DNA of 64,000 bases from a virus: the IMG/VR virus record IMGVR_UViG_3300042473_001368, one strand, 5' to 3'. The position numbers and the translations under genes are program-made. The notes below the pieces were generated by a model that was not told the DNA's origin, searched no databases, and was given only the letters and a program-made list of their open reading frames with translations. This document shows, piece after piece, positions 8,669-17,828 of this stretch (the stretch's first letter is position 1; each line of letters begins with the position of its first letter).

Positions 8669-10486
8669 TTAAGCAGGTGGTGGTTCAGCTGGTGCACCTT
8701 CTTCAGGTGGAGGAGCGCCTCCTTCAGGAGCTGCTGGACCGCCTGAGAAATCTGGAGGAGGTCCACCTGGGCCAGCTCCGCCGCCTGGCGGTGGAGCGCC
8801 TCCCATTTCATTGCCCATCTCTCCTCCTGCTTCACCGCCAGCAATTTCACCTGCCATGATAGCTTCTTTCCAACCTGGACCATTCTGACTAATTTGTCCA
8901 AGCTCCCATTGTAGCTCAGCATCTTTTCTAAGAAACTCTCTATTAGCAAGAATATCTTTATCTTTCCATCCAAGGTATTTCTTCTGAGCAAATGTCTTCG
9001 AAATAAACTCATTGCTTGCAACATTATTATACGCTGCTACCTTCATCTCCATGCGTTGATTATTTCTCAACTCATAGAAGTTTGTTGGTACATTAAATGC
9101 AATATCTAAGTTAGTCTCATTAAGATCGTGCTTATCCCATATACCTTTTAATTTAAGGTGGGTAATAAAGCCTTTCTTAATACCAGCTGCAAAGCGTTGC
9201 TGTTGACGGATAATAAAGCGAGCAAATTTTAGCTCTTCTCTTAAAATCTCTTGACCATCCTTGAACGAATCTTCAGGGTCGAGACGCGATGTTGGTACTT
9301 TAAGCGACCTATACAACTTCTTAATGAAGTACATTAAGTCTGATAGCTCACCTAAGTTCTGACCACCTGGTAGTGTTGTAACACTTGATCCTTCAGATCC
9401 TTGTCTCTTAGGAAACCAGAATGCATCTAGCATCGACTGTGGATTAAACTTCTTAACAATATCATTCTGATTGATATCGAATGTCTTAGAAGACCAATAG
9501 TTACTAATTAGTTTCTTAAGGTACGCTTCAGCTTTAGGCGCAGGCATGTTACCTACATCAACATTAAAGACGAGTCTTTCAGGTGCTCTTACGAGACGGT
9601 AGATAACGATCGCATCTTCAATAAGTGATAATTGTCTGTAAGCTCTTCTAGCGTTTTCAAGAAACGGAACTACGAATGTCATATTCTCATTCATGAGACC
9701 AGAGTTGATATAAACTATCTGGTTTTCATCTAATGGAATATATTCGTATTTTTCAATCTTATCAGGCTTGTTAGGGTCGAAAATAGGCTTACGATATATA
9801 AACCCCTTAACCATCATATTCTGAATGTTATTGTATACAGGATCAATCAGCTCTGATGGTAAGTTAAGTGTACCAAGTACACCTTCGTTTACGTAATCAG
9901 AATGTATGATCTGTTCGAAGAACAATTCACCTTCAATTAAAAACTGTCTAAAGTACTGCCAGCCTTTATTCTTAAAGTCGTAGTAGTTGGCATACTTGTT
10001 AAATTCTTCAACAATACCTTCTCTTTCTGCGCTAGCTAATTCTACATCACGGAACTTAATATTGAGCTCGTTACCATCTTCATCAGTGTTGATAGCTTCA
10101 TCGCAAATCTCATCTAAGGCATCGGATACGTCTGAATAAGCTGCCATGACTCTATAGTCACGAATTCTTGCACCTTTATTCTCCTGAATGTTAGCATACA
10201 TTACACTTCCAAATGAAGTGTCTTTACCCATTGCACCAATAGGTAAGTTGTTATACGGATTCGAAGCTGATACAGAGTTCTTCGCTAGAGCTTCACTTCG
10301 TCTCATTCCTACCTCTGCGAATGTACGATATTTTGGATTTAACTCGTTCTCTTCGGTATCAATAATATTCGCATACGGAATACGATTCTTAATGTATGTC
10401 ATTAAGTTACGCCCGAATGTAGCTGAGCGACCTGAATCTCCAGTATAATTTTGATTCTGATTTGGAGTTGTACTAGGACTAGGCAT
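8669..10486 (-). CDS. gp20: Portal protein
   Basis: EDAIVIYRLVRAPERLVFNVDVGNMP, FWFPKRQGSEGSSVTTLPGGQNL, LYRSLKVPTSRL, ELKFARFI. Confidence 0.97.
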   Translation of the reverse strand: MPSPSTTPNQNQNYTGDSGRSATFGRNLMTYIKNRIPYANIIDTEENELNPKYRTFAEVGMRRSEALAKNSVSASNPYNNLPIGAMGKDTSFGSVMYANIQENKGARIRDYRVMAAYSDVSDALDEICDEAINTDEDGNELNIKFRDVELASAEREGIVEEFNKYANYYDFKNKGWQYFRQFLIEGELFFEQIIHSDYVNEGVLGTLNLPSELIDPVYNNIQNMMVKGFIYRKPIFDPNKPDKIEKYEYIPLDENQIVYINSGLMNENMTFVVPFLENARRAYRQLSLIEDAIVIYRLVRAPERLVFNVDVGNMPAPKAEAYLKKLISNYWSSKTFDINQNDIVKKFNPQSMLDAFWFPKRQGSEGSSVTTLPGGQNLGELSDLMYFIKKLYRSLKVPTSRLDPEDSFKDGQEILREELKFARFIIRQQQRFAAGIKKGFITHLKLKGIWDKHDLNETNLDIAFNVPTNFYELRNNQRMEMKVAAYNNVASNEFISKTFAQKKYLGWKDKDILANREFLRKDAELQWELGQISQNGPGWKEAIMAGEIAGGEAGGEMGNEMGGAPPPGGGAGPGGPPPDFSGGPAAPEGGAPPPEEGAPAEPPPA

Positions 10487-10495
10487 TTGTTAAGA

Positions 10496-10503
10496 TATTT
10501 AGT
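10496..10503 (-). promoter_or_regulatory. Late promoter variant ACTAAATA overlapping the gp15 stop
   Basis: TAAATA core 9 nt upstream of the portal ATG. Confidence 0.65.
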
Positions 10504-11605
10504 CAACACTTATAACATATCCATTGCTAGTTGATGACCAACCTACAACATTTGATGCTATTATTGTAAAATTACCGTTTGCAGATAGCGTGCTTGTTGG
10601 TATATAGATCGTAGCTATGTTTGAATTTAACACGCTCGTGAATTGATCAACACCATACGCGCTAATAACCGGGTTATAGAAGGTACTTAACTGAGTATAA
10701 CCTGTGAAGAAATTAGGAGTGTTACTACTCAAGTAAAAGCTAGTGCTATACTCAAAGTTTTTGCCCCATACAATAAATTGATTATCTTTATTCTTCTTGA
10801 TATTGATTGGCGAAGTAACTGGTACTGTTGTACCTGATAATGTATAAAACAAATTTGTTATACTCGGTGAACCTGAGACAGTAACTACATCTGTTGTATC
10901 ATACGAACTTAGCGTCTGATAAGGGTTAATAAGTTTAAAGATTTGATCAGAACCTACAGTATGGAAGTTATTATTAACTCTATAAATTAAACCTTCTGGT
11001 TCTTGCTCTTGCTTGAACAACCATGTCTTGATTGTAAAGCTTGTGTCCGCTACACTTTGAAACTGATCTGAGTATGTTGTCTCGATAGGTGTTGATAGCG
11101 ATATATCTCCACTCCACAAGACTTCAGTTCTTATCTCTGTATTCGGCAAACCTAGCTCTGCAGGCACAAGCCACGATAAAATAATATACGGGTCTGCATA
11201 TGGTACAAAATTGCTCAAGATTTGATCCATATCGAGCATGTACTTTGCCAACACAGAGAAAGAAACATTGATATTGACTGGTACTGGTTGAAGCAGTTTA
11301 GATGATTTTAAGTTTCCGCCTTGTGTAGAGATAGGGAGATATGCAGGCTCTAGCTTATTAAATACTCGAGATTGATCTCGAGATATGCCTGTAATGTTAA
11401 TTGCAACAACAGGCAGAGTAATGTTTTGCGCTTTATTTACAATATCATACATTACGCGTTCTTTTGGTTTGAACACATAACGTACTTCTATTTTTTCTTG
11501 CTCAACACGACTCTTATTATATCTCGAAATAATACAATCGTCGAACGCAGCCACAAACTGCGTCATAATATCTTTTATCTCAAAAAAGAACGACTTGTTT
11601 TTCAC
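10499..11605 (-). CDS. gp15: Tail sheath stabiliser/terminator protein
   Basis: FVAAFDDCIISR, IEVRYVFKPKER, LPVVAINITGISRD, QILSNFVPY; GTG start 5 nt after ACTAAATA. Confidence 0.85.
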   Translation of the reverse strand: MKNKSFFFEIKDIMTQFVAAFDDCIISRYNKSRVEQEKIEVRYVFKPKERVMYDIVNKAQNITLPVVAINITGISRDQSRVFNKLEPAYLPISTQGGNLKSSKLLQPVPVNINVSFSVLAKYMLDMDQILSNFVPYADPYIILSWLVPAELGLPNTEIRTEVLWSGDISLSTPIETTYSDQFQSVADTSFTIKTWLFKQEQEPEGLIYRVNNNFHTVGSDQIFKLINPYQTLSSYDTTDVVTVSGSPSITNLFYTLSGTTVPVTSPINIKKNKDNQFIVWGKNFEYSTSFYLSSNTPNFFTGYTQLSTFYNPVISAYGVDQFTSVLNSNIATIYIPTSTLSANGNFTIIASNVVGWSSTSNGYVISVD

Positions 11606-11610
11606 AAGTC

Positions 11611-11618
11611 TATTTAGT
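11611..11618 (-). promoter_or_regulatory. Late promoter variant ACTAAATA
   Basis: 5 nt upstream of GTG 11605. Confidence 0.7.
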
Positions 11619-13256
11619 CTATTGGAAACGATCTAAAAAGTATTTCGGAATCTTATCTTTACTACGAATAATACTCTCAACAATAGCATAATCCATAACG
11701 TAAGTCACGCAGCTATCATCCTTAGATCTTACACCTCTACCACACGCTTGAATAAAAGAGCTCAACATCTTATTTTGATACCATTGAAAATCACCCTTCA
11801 TAAGCTTCTCAATACGTTTATCAGCAATAGGTAAGTAAGGCGCTTTAATAACGATCTGAAACTTAGCTAAGTCCCCTTTCAAGTCAACACCATGAGACAT
11901 ACTAGGAGATACAAGGATAGTTGGCTCATCAGTATTATAGTGAATGTCAAGAATCTCTTCATTACGTACACCTACTTCACGAAACAACAACCGTTTATTC
12001 TTCAGACGTCTCTTCAGCTCCATCGTAATAGCATTCGTCTGAGTATGAATGATACCCTTATCATCTGGATGCGCATCACAGATTGCTTGAATTTGCTTAA
12101 TGATACCTGGCAAGTTTGTTTGTAAGTTATTGTAGTTAAGTTTAACCTTAGTTGTCGCGTAGATTGGAGCTTTCTTAGAGTCGAACGTAGAATCTGCTTC
12201 AACGTACTTATACTCAGTTATCCCAAGAGCTTTACAGAAGCTAGCAGGGTCAATAATTGTTGCAGACATCAATACAACCTTATCTGCATAGTCAAAGATT
12301 TTACCTGCGAGCTTATCGACCTTCAAAGGTATAAACTTAATTCCTTTATCATACCTATCAATAACATACTCACTGTCATACCATGTATCGATCAGAGTTT
12401 TAAGCTTGTTATACACCCTTGTCAGCACATCGTATTCGACTCGAATTGCAGACTGCACTTGCGTTTTTTTAAGATCTCTTTTAGTAAGTTTCTCTTCGAT
12501 TTCTTCGAGCTGCGCTTTGACACGATTAGCTAACACGCCTACCCAGTTACTCATCTTATCGTATGCGACAGTAAGCGGCACTGCAGGCACATCTACCTTA
12601 GATTTCTTCAATACATCAAAGACAATATCACAAGTAAATTCCTTAACAAGCATGTCTTCAATTTCTGAAGCCTCGTCGCATACAATATATTCACGACGCT
12701 TAACATGAGATGGCATTGCAAGAAACATGTTATAGTTGAGAACAGAGAAGTTATTTACAATGACATTATTACGTGCTGCATAGTATGGACATGAATTTTG
12801 CTTCCAGCAGCTATCTTTAATCTCTTTTAGATGAACGCATGGAGCGTGTTCAACAGTAAAATCTGTATCATAAGTGCACTGGTAGTTTATCTTGCCTTTC
12901 AAAACGCCTGCTTCTTCAAAGAGATCTTTGTATTGATCTTGCAGAGCCTTTGTAAGAGTTAAAGCAAATGCACCGAATGGCTTTTCTTCATCAATAACAT
13001 CTTCGTGTGCATAGCCACCAGTCTGACTACGCTTAAAAATTTTATAGCTTGTTACAAGATCAACAAACTTTTCGCTTGGCTCATTTGCATAATTACCAAG
13101 CGTCTTAGAAATAAACGACTTACCTGAACCAGTAGGCGCACTACATACAACAAACTTAACTCCAGACTTAAATGCCTCGTCAATACTATTAAGAAGATTG
13201 ACTTGCGACTTGCTCGGATTAAACTTATCAGGAAAAGAATCTAATATACTACTCAT
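11619..13256 (-). CDS. DinG/XPD-family superfamily 2 helicase with putative Fe-S cluster
   Basis: APTGSGKS Walker A; four Cys (YQC, APC, DSC, SCPYY); DEASE; helicase_C_2-like IVKAPY and QACGRGVRSKDD motifs. Confidence 0.88.
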   Translation of the reverse strand: MSSILDSFPDKFNPSKSQVNLLNSIDEAFKSGVKFVVCSAPTGSGKSFISKTLGNYANEPSEKFVDLVTSYKIFKRSQTGGYAHEDVIDEEKPFGAFALTLTKALQDQYKDLFEEAGVLKGKINYQCTYDTDFTVEHAPCVHLKEIKDSCWKQNSCPYYAARNNVIVNNFSVLNYNMFLAMPSHVKRREYIVCDEASEIEDMLVKEFTCDIVFDVLKKSKVDVPAVPLTVAYDKMSNWVGVLANRVKAQLEEIEEKLTKRDLKKTQVQSAIRVEYDVLTRVYNKLKTLIDTWYDSEYVIDRYDKGIKFIPLKVDKLAGKIFDYADKVVLMSATIIDPASFCKALGITEYKYVEADSTFDSKKAPIYATTKVKLNYNNLQTNLPGIIKQIQAICDAHPDDKGIIHTQTNAITMELKRRLKNKRLLFREVGVRNEEILDIHYNTDEPTILVSPSMSHGVDLKGDLAKFQIVIKAPYLPIADKRIEKLMKGDFQWYQNKMLSSFIQACGRGVRSKDDSCVTYVMDYAIVESIIRSKDKIPKYFLDRFQ

Positions 13257-13281
13257 TCAATAATAGTATATCATAGTTCGT

Positions 13282-13623
13282 TTAGTTTACAGGAGTGATT
13301 GTGATAATATTATTATAAATTTTGTTAGCAGTATTTGAATTTACCGTCGCTAACAATTTATTAATTTCTCTGTGATTGTTCGACAGAGAAGAGAGATGGT
13401 AATTCAATGTTACACCATCTCCATTATCTTGAATAAGAAAGGGATACGGTAGCTCGAGTATCTTGTCTTCTTTCTTATCGGTCTGGATATACAGTTTGAT
13501 AAAGTATTGTTTAATGTTAAACAATTTAACAACACCACTCTTAAGAGTCTTTTTGTTGCACTTTATTACAACTCTTGACTGAAGGAGTTTTTGTAACTTA
13601 TCGCTATAATAATCAATACTCAT
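13282..13623 (-). CDS. Hypothetical protein
   Basis: 113-aa ORF in operon, overlapping the upstream stop. Confidence 0.6.
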   Translation of the reverse strand: MSIDYYSDKLQKLLQSRVVIKCNKKTLKSGVVKLFNIKQYFIKLYIQTDKKEDKILELPYPFLIQDNGDGVTLNYHLSSLSNNHREINKLLATVNSNTANKIYNNIITITPVN

Positions 13624-13991
13624 GAATCCATAAATGTTATCTTTTGCTCTGTATTCAGAACATAGATATTTTTGTTAAAATATTCCCAGAAGCTATCATC
13701 AGCAGGAATTTTGTTAATAACTTGTACATGCTCTGCAGAGACTACTCTATAATCTTGCATTAAAATATCCCACACAACAACAGCTCCTTCTGATCTTTCA
13801 CTAAACTGTTTACCTGTCTTAGGTGGTTTATAGTTAAGCACAACCTTACCATTTACTGTGTTGAGCAAATCATAGCTCTTTGTACACAGCATTCTACGCG
13901 TAGGAGCTTTTCCTGGTATAGGAATACGTCTAACAAAACGTACATCAAGTACGTTATTGAGCAACAAATTTTCTAGCGTAGCTACGTCCAT
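13620..13991 (-). CDS. WYL_2/DUF2693-like Sm-fold protein
   Basis: VLDVRFVRR...TRRMLCT and VVVWDILMQDYR pattern typical of this T4-like phage family. Confidence 0.6.
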   Translation of the reverse strand: MDVATLENLLLNNVLDVRFVRRIPIPGKAPTRRMLCTKSYDLLNTVNGKVVLNYKPPKTGKQFSERSEGAVVVWDILMQDYRVVSAEHVQVINKIPADDSFWEYFNKNIYVLNTEQKITFMDS

Positions 13992-13993
13992 AA

Positions 13994-14386
13994 TTAAGCT
14001 TTACGTTCGCAGATACCGAATACTCTTGATTCGTTTAAGAAGATACCATTTGAGATTTTACCATGACCTGCAACTTCCATGTTAGCAACTGTCACACCAA
14101 GGTTGTTCGGAAACACTACAATGTCACCTTTCTTCGCGTATTTAACATTAGGTCCAGCAAGAATAACGACTGCTTTTCTCCATGCTTTTGTGAGAGCGTT
14201 TGATGGAATATAAAGTCCTCCACGTAAGACTTCTCCTGTCTCCGTCATATCAATATATTCAACGAGAATAATATCATCAAAAAGAAACTTAAGTTTGAAA
14301 TCATCGAGACCAAAATCTCCTGATTGAGTAGAAGAGAGGTCAATAAGACTTCTCGTTGGCTTGATAACATCGATATCCGCTGGCAT
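13994..14386 (-). CDS. groES: GroES-like co-chaperonin (gp31 analogue)
   Basis: LFDDIILVE, RGGLYIP, AVVILAGP, KKGDIVVF, FLNESRVFG; TGTAAATA 8 nt upstream. Confidence 0.88.
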   Translation of the reverse strand: MPADIDVIKPTRSLIDLSSTQSGDFGLDDFKLKFLFDDIILVEYIDMTETGEVLRGGLYIPSNALTKAWRKAVVILAGPNVKYAKKGDIVVFPNNLGVTVANMEVAGHGKISNGIFLNESRVFGICERKA

Positions 14387-14393
14387 TGTAAAA

Positions 14394-14774
14394 CTATTTA
14401 CACAGAGTTTCAGATAATGCCATATACATTTTCAACTCTCTTGTAGAAAGACAGTTATTTTTTGCTTGAATGAAAATTAGTTCATCCTCATTCTTTTCTT
14501 CTTCATCCTTCTTTACTTTCTTAACATACTGAATGCGCTTGAATCTAGATTTAGGAATGAGATTGTCATACAACTTATACATCTCTACCTTGTCATCAAA
14601 CAACATAGAAAATTTGTTGAGTGTATGATTGACAAAAGTGGCTTTCGTCTTATCCGAAAACGAAAGCCATCTATTGATCATATAAGGAACAAACAGTTGA
14701 ATTTCTTCAACTGTTATCTCGTCCCTCTTAGTAGGTTTGAATAATAGGTTCTGTATTAGTGTAAAGAAGTTCAT
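14394..14774 (-). CDS. gp62: Clamp loader small subunit
   Basis: FVPYMINRWLSF and LYDNLIPKSRFKRIQYVKK motifs. Confidence 0.8.
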   Translation of the reverse strand: MNFFTLIQNLLFKPTKRDEITVEEIQLFVPYMINRWLSFSDKTKATFVNHTLNKFSMLFDDKVEMYKLYDNLIPKSRFKRIQYVKKVKKDEEEKNEDELIFIQAKNNCLSTRELKMYMALSETLCK

Positions 14775-15352
14775 ACAATAACTTTTGATGTAGCAACAAA
14801 GATATCAGCAACTTCTTTATTGAAATACTCAATAACAGCAAGCTGAAGTTCTTTAACTCCTTCATCAGTCAATTGTGAGCTATATGCAAAGCCAGGAGCT
14901 TTCTTGCCTGCATTCACATTGATACCTGTATGACCAATCGCCACTCCATCTTTCGAGTAAGTGATAGAAACGCTCACTTTACCAACTGAGCGCTCAGTCT
15001 TATCTGAGCCAAGGAAGGTATCATGAACCATTAAGTCATCACCTCTCATCTCAATCGGTTTACGAATAAGATCAGATAGAATATTTGCAATTCCAGTATT
15101 GAGCAGTCGTTGAAAAGCGACAGCACCAACAGGGCATAGGTTAGGAATTTCCCAGCAGAAGTTTACAGCATCATCGCTATAGATATAGTCTTTAGTCAGA
15201 GAGTCTTCAAGGTCAATAAGGTTATCGCTTACAAACATAGGCGCTCTAAACGATACAATATTACCAACAGGGGATACTTGCTTCTTAAAGTACTGATAAG
15301 CAAAGCGCCTATGAATCAAGTCACCATTGTAAATAGGTTGTTCAATAATCAT
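14771..15352 (-). CDS. DUF366-family protein (BPL/LplA-like fold)
   Basis: IVSFRAPM, IDLED, IYSDDAVNF, FQRLL, RGDDL, KVSVSI, HTGINV match the DUF366 pattern as recalled. Confidence 0.75.
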   Translation of the reverse strand: MIIEQPIYNGDLIHRRFAYQYFKKQVSPVGNIVSFRAPMFVSDNLIDLEDSLTKDYIYSDDAVNFCWEIPNLCPVGAVAFQRLLNTGIANILSDLIRKPIEMRGDDLMVHDTFLGSDKTERSVGKVSVSITYSKDGVAIGHTGINVNAGKKAPGFAYSSQLTDEGVKELQLAVIEYFNKEVADIFVATSKVIV

Positions 15353-15358
15353 ATAGCT

Positions 15359-15386
15359 ATTGTAATATATAATGGTTGTAATTCAA
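15359..15386 (-). promoter_or_regulatory. Early promoter TTGAAT-N16-TACAAT, 6 nt before ATG
   Basis: Read directly; same geometry as other early promoters in the window. Confidence 0.7.
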
Positions 15387-15410
15387 TATTTTTAATTATA
15401 AAATAATTTA

Positions 15411-15944
15411 TTACATTTTATATATCCAGCTCGTATCTGAAAAGATCTCAGTCGGTTCTCCTAAGCAATCCTTCACAGCTTGCAATACTTCTGGCATATA
15501 ACTATCATGACCTGCTATATAGCCTCCGGATTTAACTTTATGTTTCCATGCAGTAATATCTTGAACAACAGCTTCATATGTATGATCAGCATCTATATAG
15601 ACAAAATCGAGAGAATTATCTTCATATAGCTCAGATGCTTCTACACTTGGTAATTTTACTTTCTTAATATTTGTATATTCATGTAACATTGAATCAAACA
15701 TTTTTTCAGCTTGCTCAACAGCAGCCCAACTCCATGGATCAACACAATCTAGATGCTTACAGTGTAATGCAATTACCCTGCTACTCACACCAGAAAAACA
15801 ACCTACTTCCACTCCGGAATCTGCATACGTTATATACCTTTTACATAAATCAATAAGACCGTCTACACAGTTTTCTTTTTCCAATGGTGACCAGTATACT
15901 CTTGGTGTTTGTAATAATAAATTAATTTTCTCGTCGTATGTCAT
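15411..15944 (-). CDS. Class I SAM-dependent methyltransferase (Methyltransf_24-like)
   Basis: GVEVGCFSGVS motif I; FVYIDADHTYEAVVQDI; GGYIAGHD. Confidence 0.9.
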   Translation of the reverse strand: MTYDEKINLLLQTPRVYWSPLEKENCVDGLIDLCKRYITYADSGVEVGCFSGVSSRVIALHCKHLDCVDPWSWAAVEQAEKMFDSMLHEYTNIKKVKLPSVEASELYEDNSLDFVYIDADHTYEAVVQDITAWKHKVKSGGYIAGHDSYMPEVLQAVKDCLGEPTEIFSDTSWIYKM

Positions 15945-16480
15945 CTTAAGTAATTATAGAATGAAATGTATTTATCAATACTAAACTTGTTATTAGTTTT
16001 TTTATTTACTTCTTCTGCGAAAAGACCATCACTATGATAAGCATCAAGCTGCCATTGCAAATTGCCTATAACTTCTCGTTTAACCATAAATGACCCGCTA
16101 TCTATACTACCAACTGTAAATATGCCTGCATTAAGTCTATGCGAGCCGTCCTTATTAATTTGTTTCCAGCTAATTAGGTCATAATTACATTCTTTGACTT
16201 CCTGCCAGAATTCCGGGTGCATAACTGTGTCATCGTCAATCATTAAGACGTAACCCTCATCTATTAATAAATTTGCAAAATTACGCTGCGAGTGACCTGC
16301 TACACTCTTTTCATTTTTGTGCAAATAATACTCTGCATTACTTGGTAGTTGTATATTCGGAATTTCATCTGAATCAAAAACAACAATCCATCTATAGTTG
16401 CCGCGAGGTATATTAATGCTCTCCGCTATCCTTGTAAGGTTATCAGGTCTAGAACAAGGTGTTACAATATTAATTAACAT
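15941..16480 (-). CDS. Glycosyltransferase, GT-A/GT2-like
   Basis: INIVTPCSR, WIVVFD, MIDDD (DxD), IDSGSFMV. Confidence 0.82.
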   Translation of the reverse strand: MLINIVTPCSRPDNLTRIAESINIPRGNYRWIVVFDSDEIPNIQLPSNAEYYLHKNEKSVAGHSQRNFANLLIDEGYVLMIDDDTVMHPEFWQEVKECNYDLISWKQINKDGSHRLNAGIFTVGSIDSGSFMVKREVIGNLQWQLDAYHSDGLFAEEVNKKTNNKFSIDKYISFYNYLR

Positions 16481-16518
16481 ATTTTATATAATTTAAGATA
16501 CTATAAATAAAGACATAT

Positions 16519-17169
16519 TTAGTTGTGAATGTATAAAGTTTGTGGTACCTTAACAATTGTTTTACCCGTGGTTTTTAATACAGTAATCAAATCATTAACT
16601 AAATGCCAATCTGCTGCATATTCGTGTACTTTGATACCAGTCTGCTTTATAAGCAGTGTTTCTGCAGCAAAATTTCCGATGTCTATATAATTTACTTCTA
16701 ATTTTGAATCTACATACTTGTTATATTTTTTACCATCTCTTATATGATCTAAAACAAAATCACAGAAAACAAAACCCACATTATTTGTACTATTACATGC
16801 TTGTTCAAACCGCTCTACGAAAATAGGAACATAGTAATTATCAAACCCAGTCATAATTGTGAATTTACAATCCGAAGATAGCATTCCTAATTCTCTCGGC
16901 GTGTGTCCATAGTCATTATATCTTTTGTCTGTACTAAAATATGAAAAATTAGAAAGGTCAAAATATTTCTCTAACTGACTATATGTTGTTGATTCATAAC
17001 CGTCAGATATAACAGACATATGAAAGTTTTGACATGTTTGTGCAAGAAGACAATTAATTATTACTTCTAATTTGTACCCTCCACTATAAGTCGGTATAAC
17101 TATATGAAAGAGTTTATCGTTATCTGGTTTATACGAGCTATGAAGTGTAAGTTTTGATGTTATTTCCAT
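16519..17169 (-). CDS. Glycosyltransferase, GT2-like
   Basis: HIVIPTY, VISDG, YGHTPR, GFDNYY, IDIGNF, ADW. Confidence 0.85.
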   Translation of the reverse strand: MEITSKLTLHSSYKPDNDKLFHIVIPTYSGGYKLEVIINCLLAQTCQNFHMSVISDGYESTTYSQLEKYFDLSNFSYFSTDKRYNDYGHTPRELGMLSSDCKFTIMTGFDNYYVPIFVERFEQACNSTNNVGFVFCDFVLDHIRDGKKYNKYVDSKLEVNYIDIGNFAAETLLIKQTGIKVHEYAADWHLVNDLITVLKTTGKTIVKVPQTLYIHN

Positions 17170-17828
17170 TTTGATAAAAATTTATTTTGCTGACCATGTG
17201 TTAGATCATTATTACGTTCTTTAAGTAGATCGTGGGAACCACTCACGAAATGATGGACTCTCGAATCTTTAACTACGCAGTGCTTTATATTATTCTTCTG
17301 AAGAGTCATTGCGTAATCGTTGTCTTGATACCAAAACTCAAAAGTCTCGTCGAATAGATTACATGTATCTAGTACGCTTCTATGTAATAGAATACACCAC
17401 CCACAAATGTGTTTCGAGACAGTATACCCAACTTCATACTTGTCGAGCGATGCATGTAGATGCCATGTTGGACTGCATGGACTAAACGATCTTACACCTG
17501 GATTAGCTGTAATTGCTTCAGACATATGAGTCCACCAATCTTTAAAAAAGAACAGATCGTTATTACATAGTAATATCCATTCTGATACACATTCAGTAAT
17601 ACCAATATTTAAAAACTTATTATAGTTAAACGTACATTCAGGGTAGATTACATTGCAGCCGTTGTATAAGAAACCTTCTTCTTTAATCTTGTTACTACTT
17701 TCACTTTCAACAACTACGATTTTACCTTCGTAGTCATTACTAGCCTTCAAACTGTTAATCGTACGACATGTTAGGCCATAGTGAGAGAGATCTGATGTCT
17801 TGCTAAGTATTACTGTATCAACTCTCAT
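17160..17828 (-). CDS. Glycosyltransferase, GT2-like
   Basis: FNYNKFLNIG, LCNNDLFF, LFDETFEFWYQDNDY. Confidence 0.88.
   Translation of the reverse strand: MRVDTVILSKTSDLSHYGLTCRTINSLKASNDYEGKIVVVESESSNKIKEEGFLYNGCNVIYPECTFNYNKFLNIGITECVSEWILLCNNDLFFFKDWWTHMSEAITANPGVRSFSPCSPTWHLHASLDKYEVGYTVSKHICGWCILLHRSVLDTCNLFDETFEFWYQDNDYAMTLQKNNIKHCVVKDSRVHHFVSGSHDLLKERNNDLTHGQQNKFLSKWK

Noticed and set aside
8669-8870. GC-rich Pro/Gly tract at the portal C-terminus as a foreign insertion
   Set aside because: Explained by a low-complexity disordered tail in frame with gp20.
8665-9024. Alternative-frame and antisense ORFs over the portal 3' end, and the many similar short ORFs inside long genes throughout the track
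   Set aside because: They lie within well-supported genes, have no motifs or promoters, and reflect codon bias or GC-rich low-complexity tails.
16502-16509. Plus-strand TATAAATA
   Set aside because: No plus-strand ORF follows; it lies in a very AT-rich gap and is probably chance, though antisense transcription cannot be excluded.
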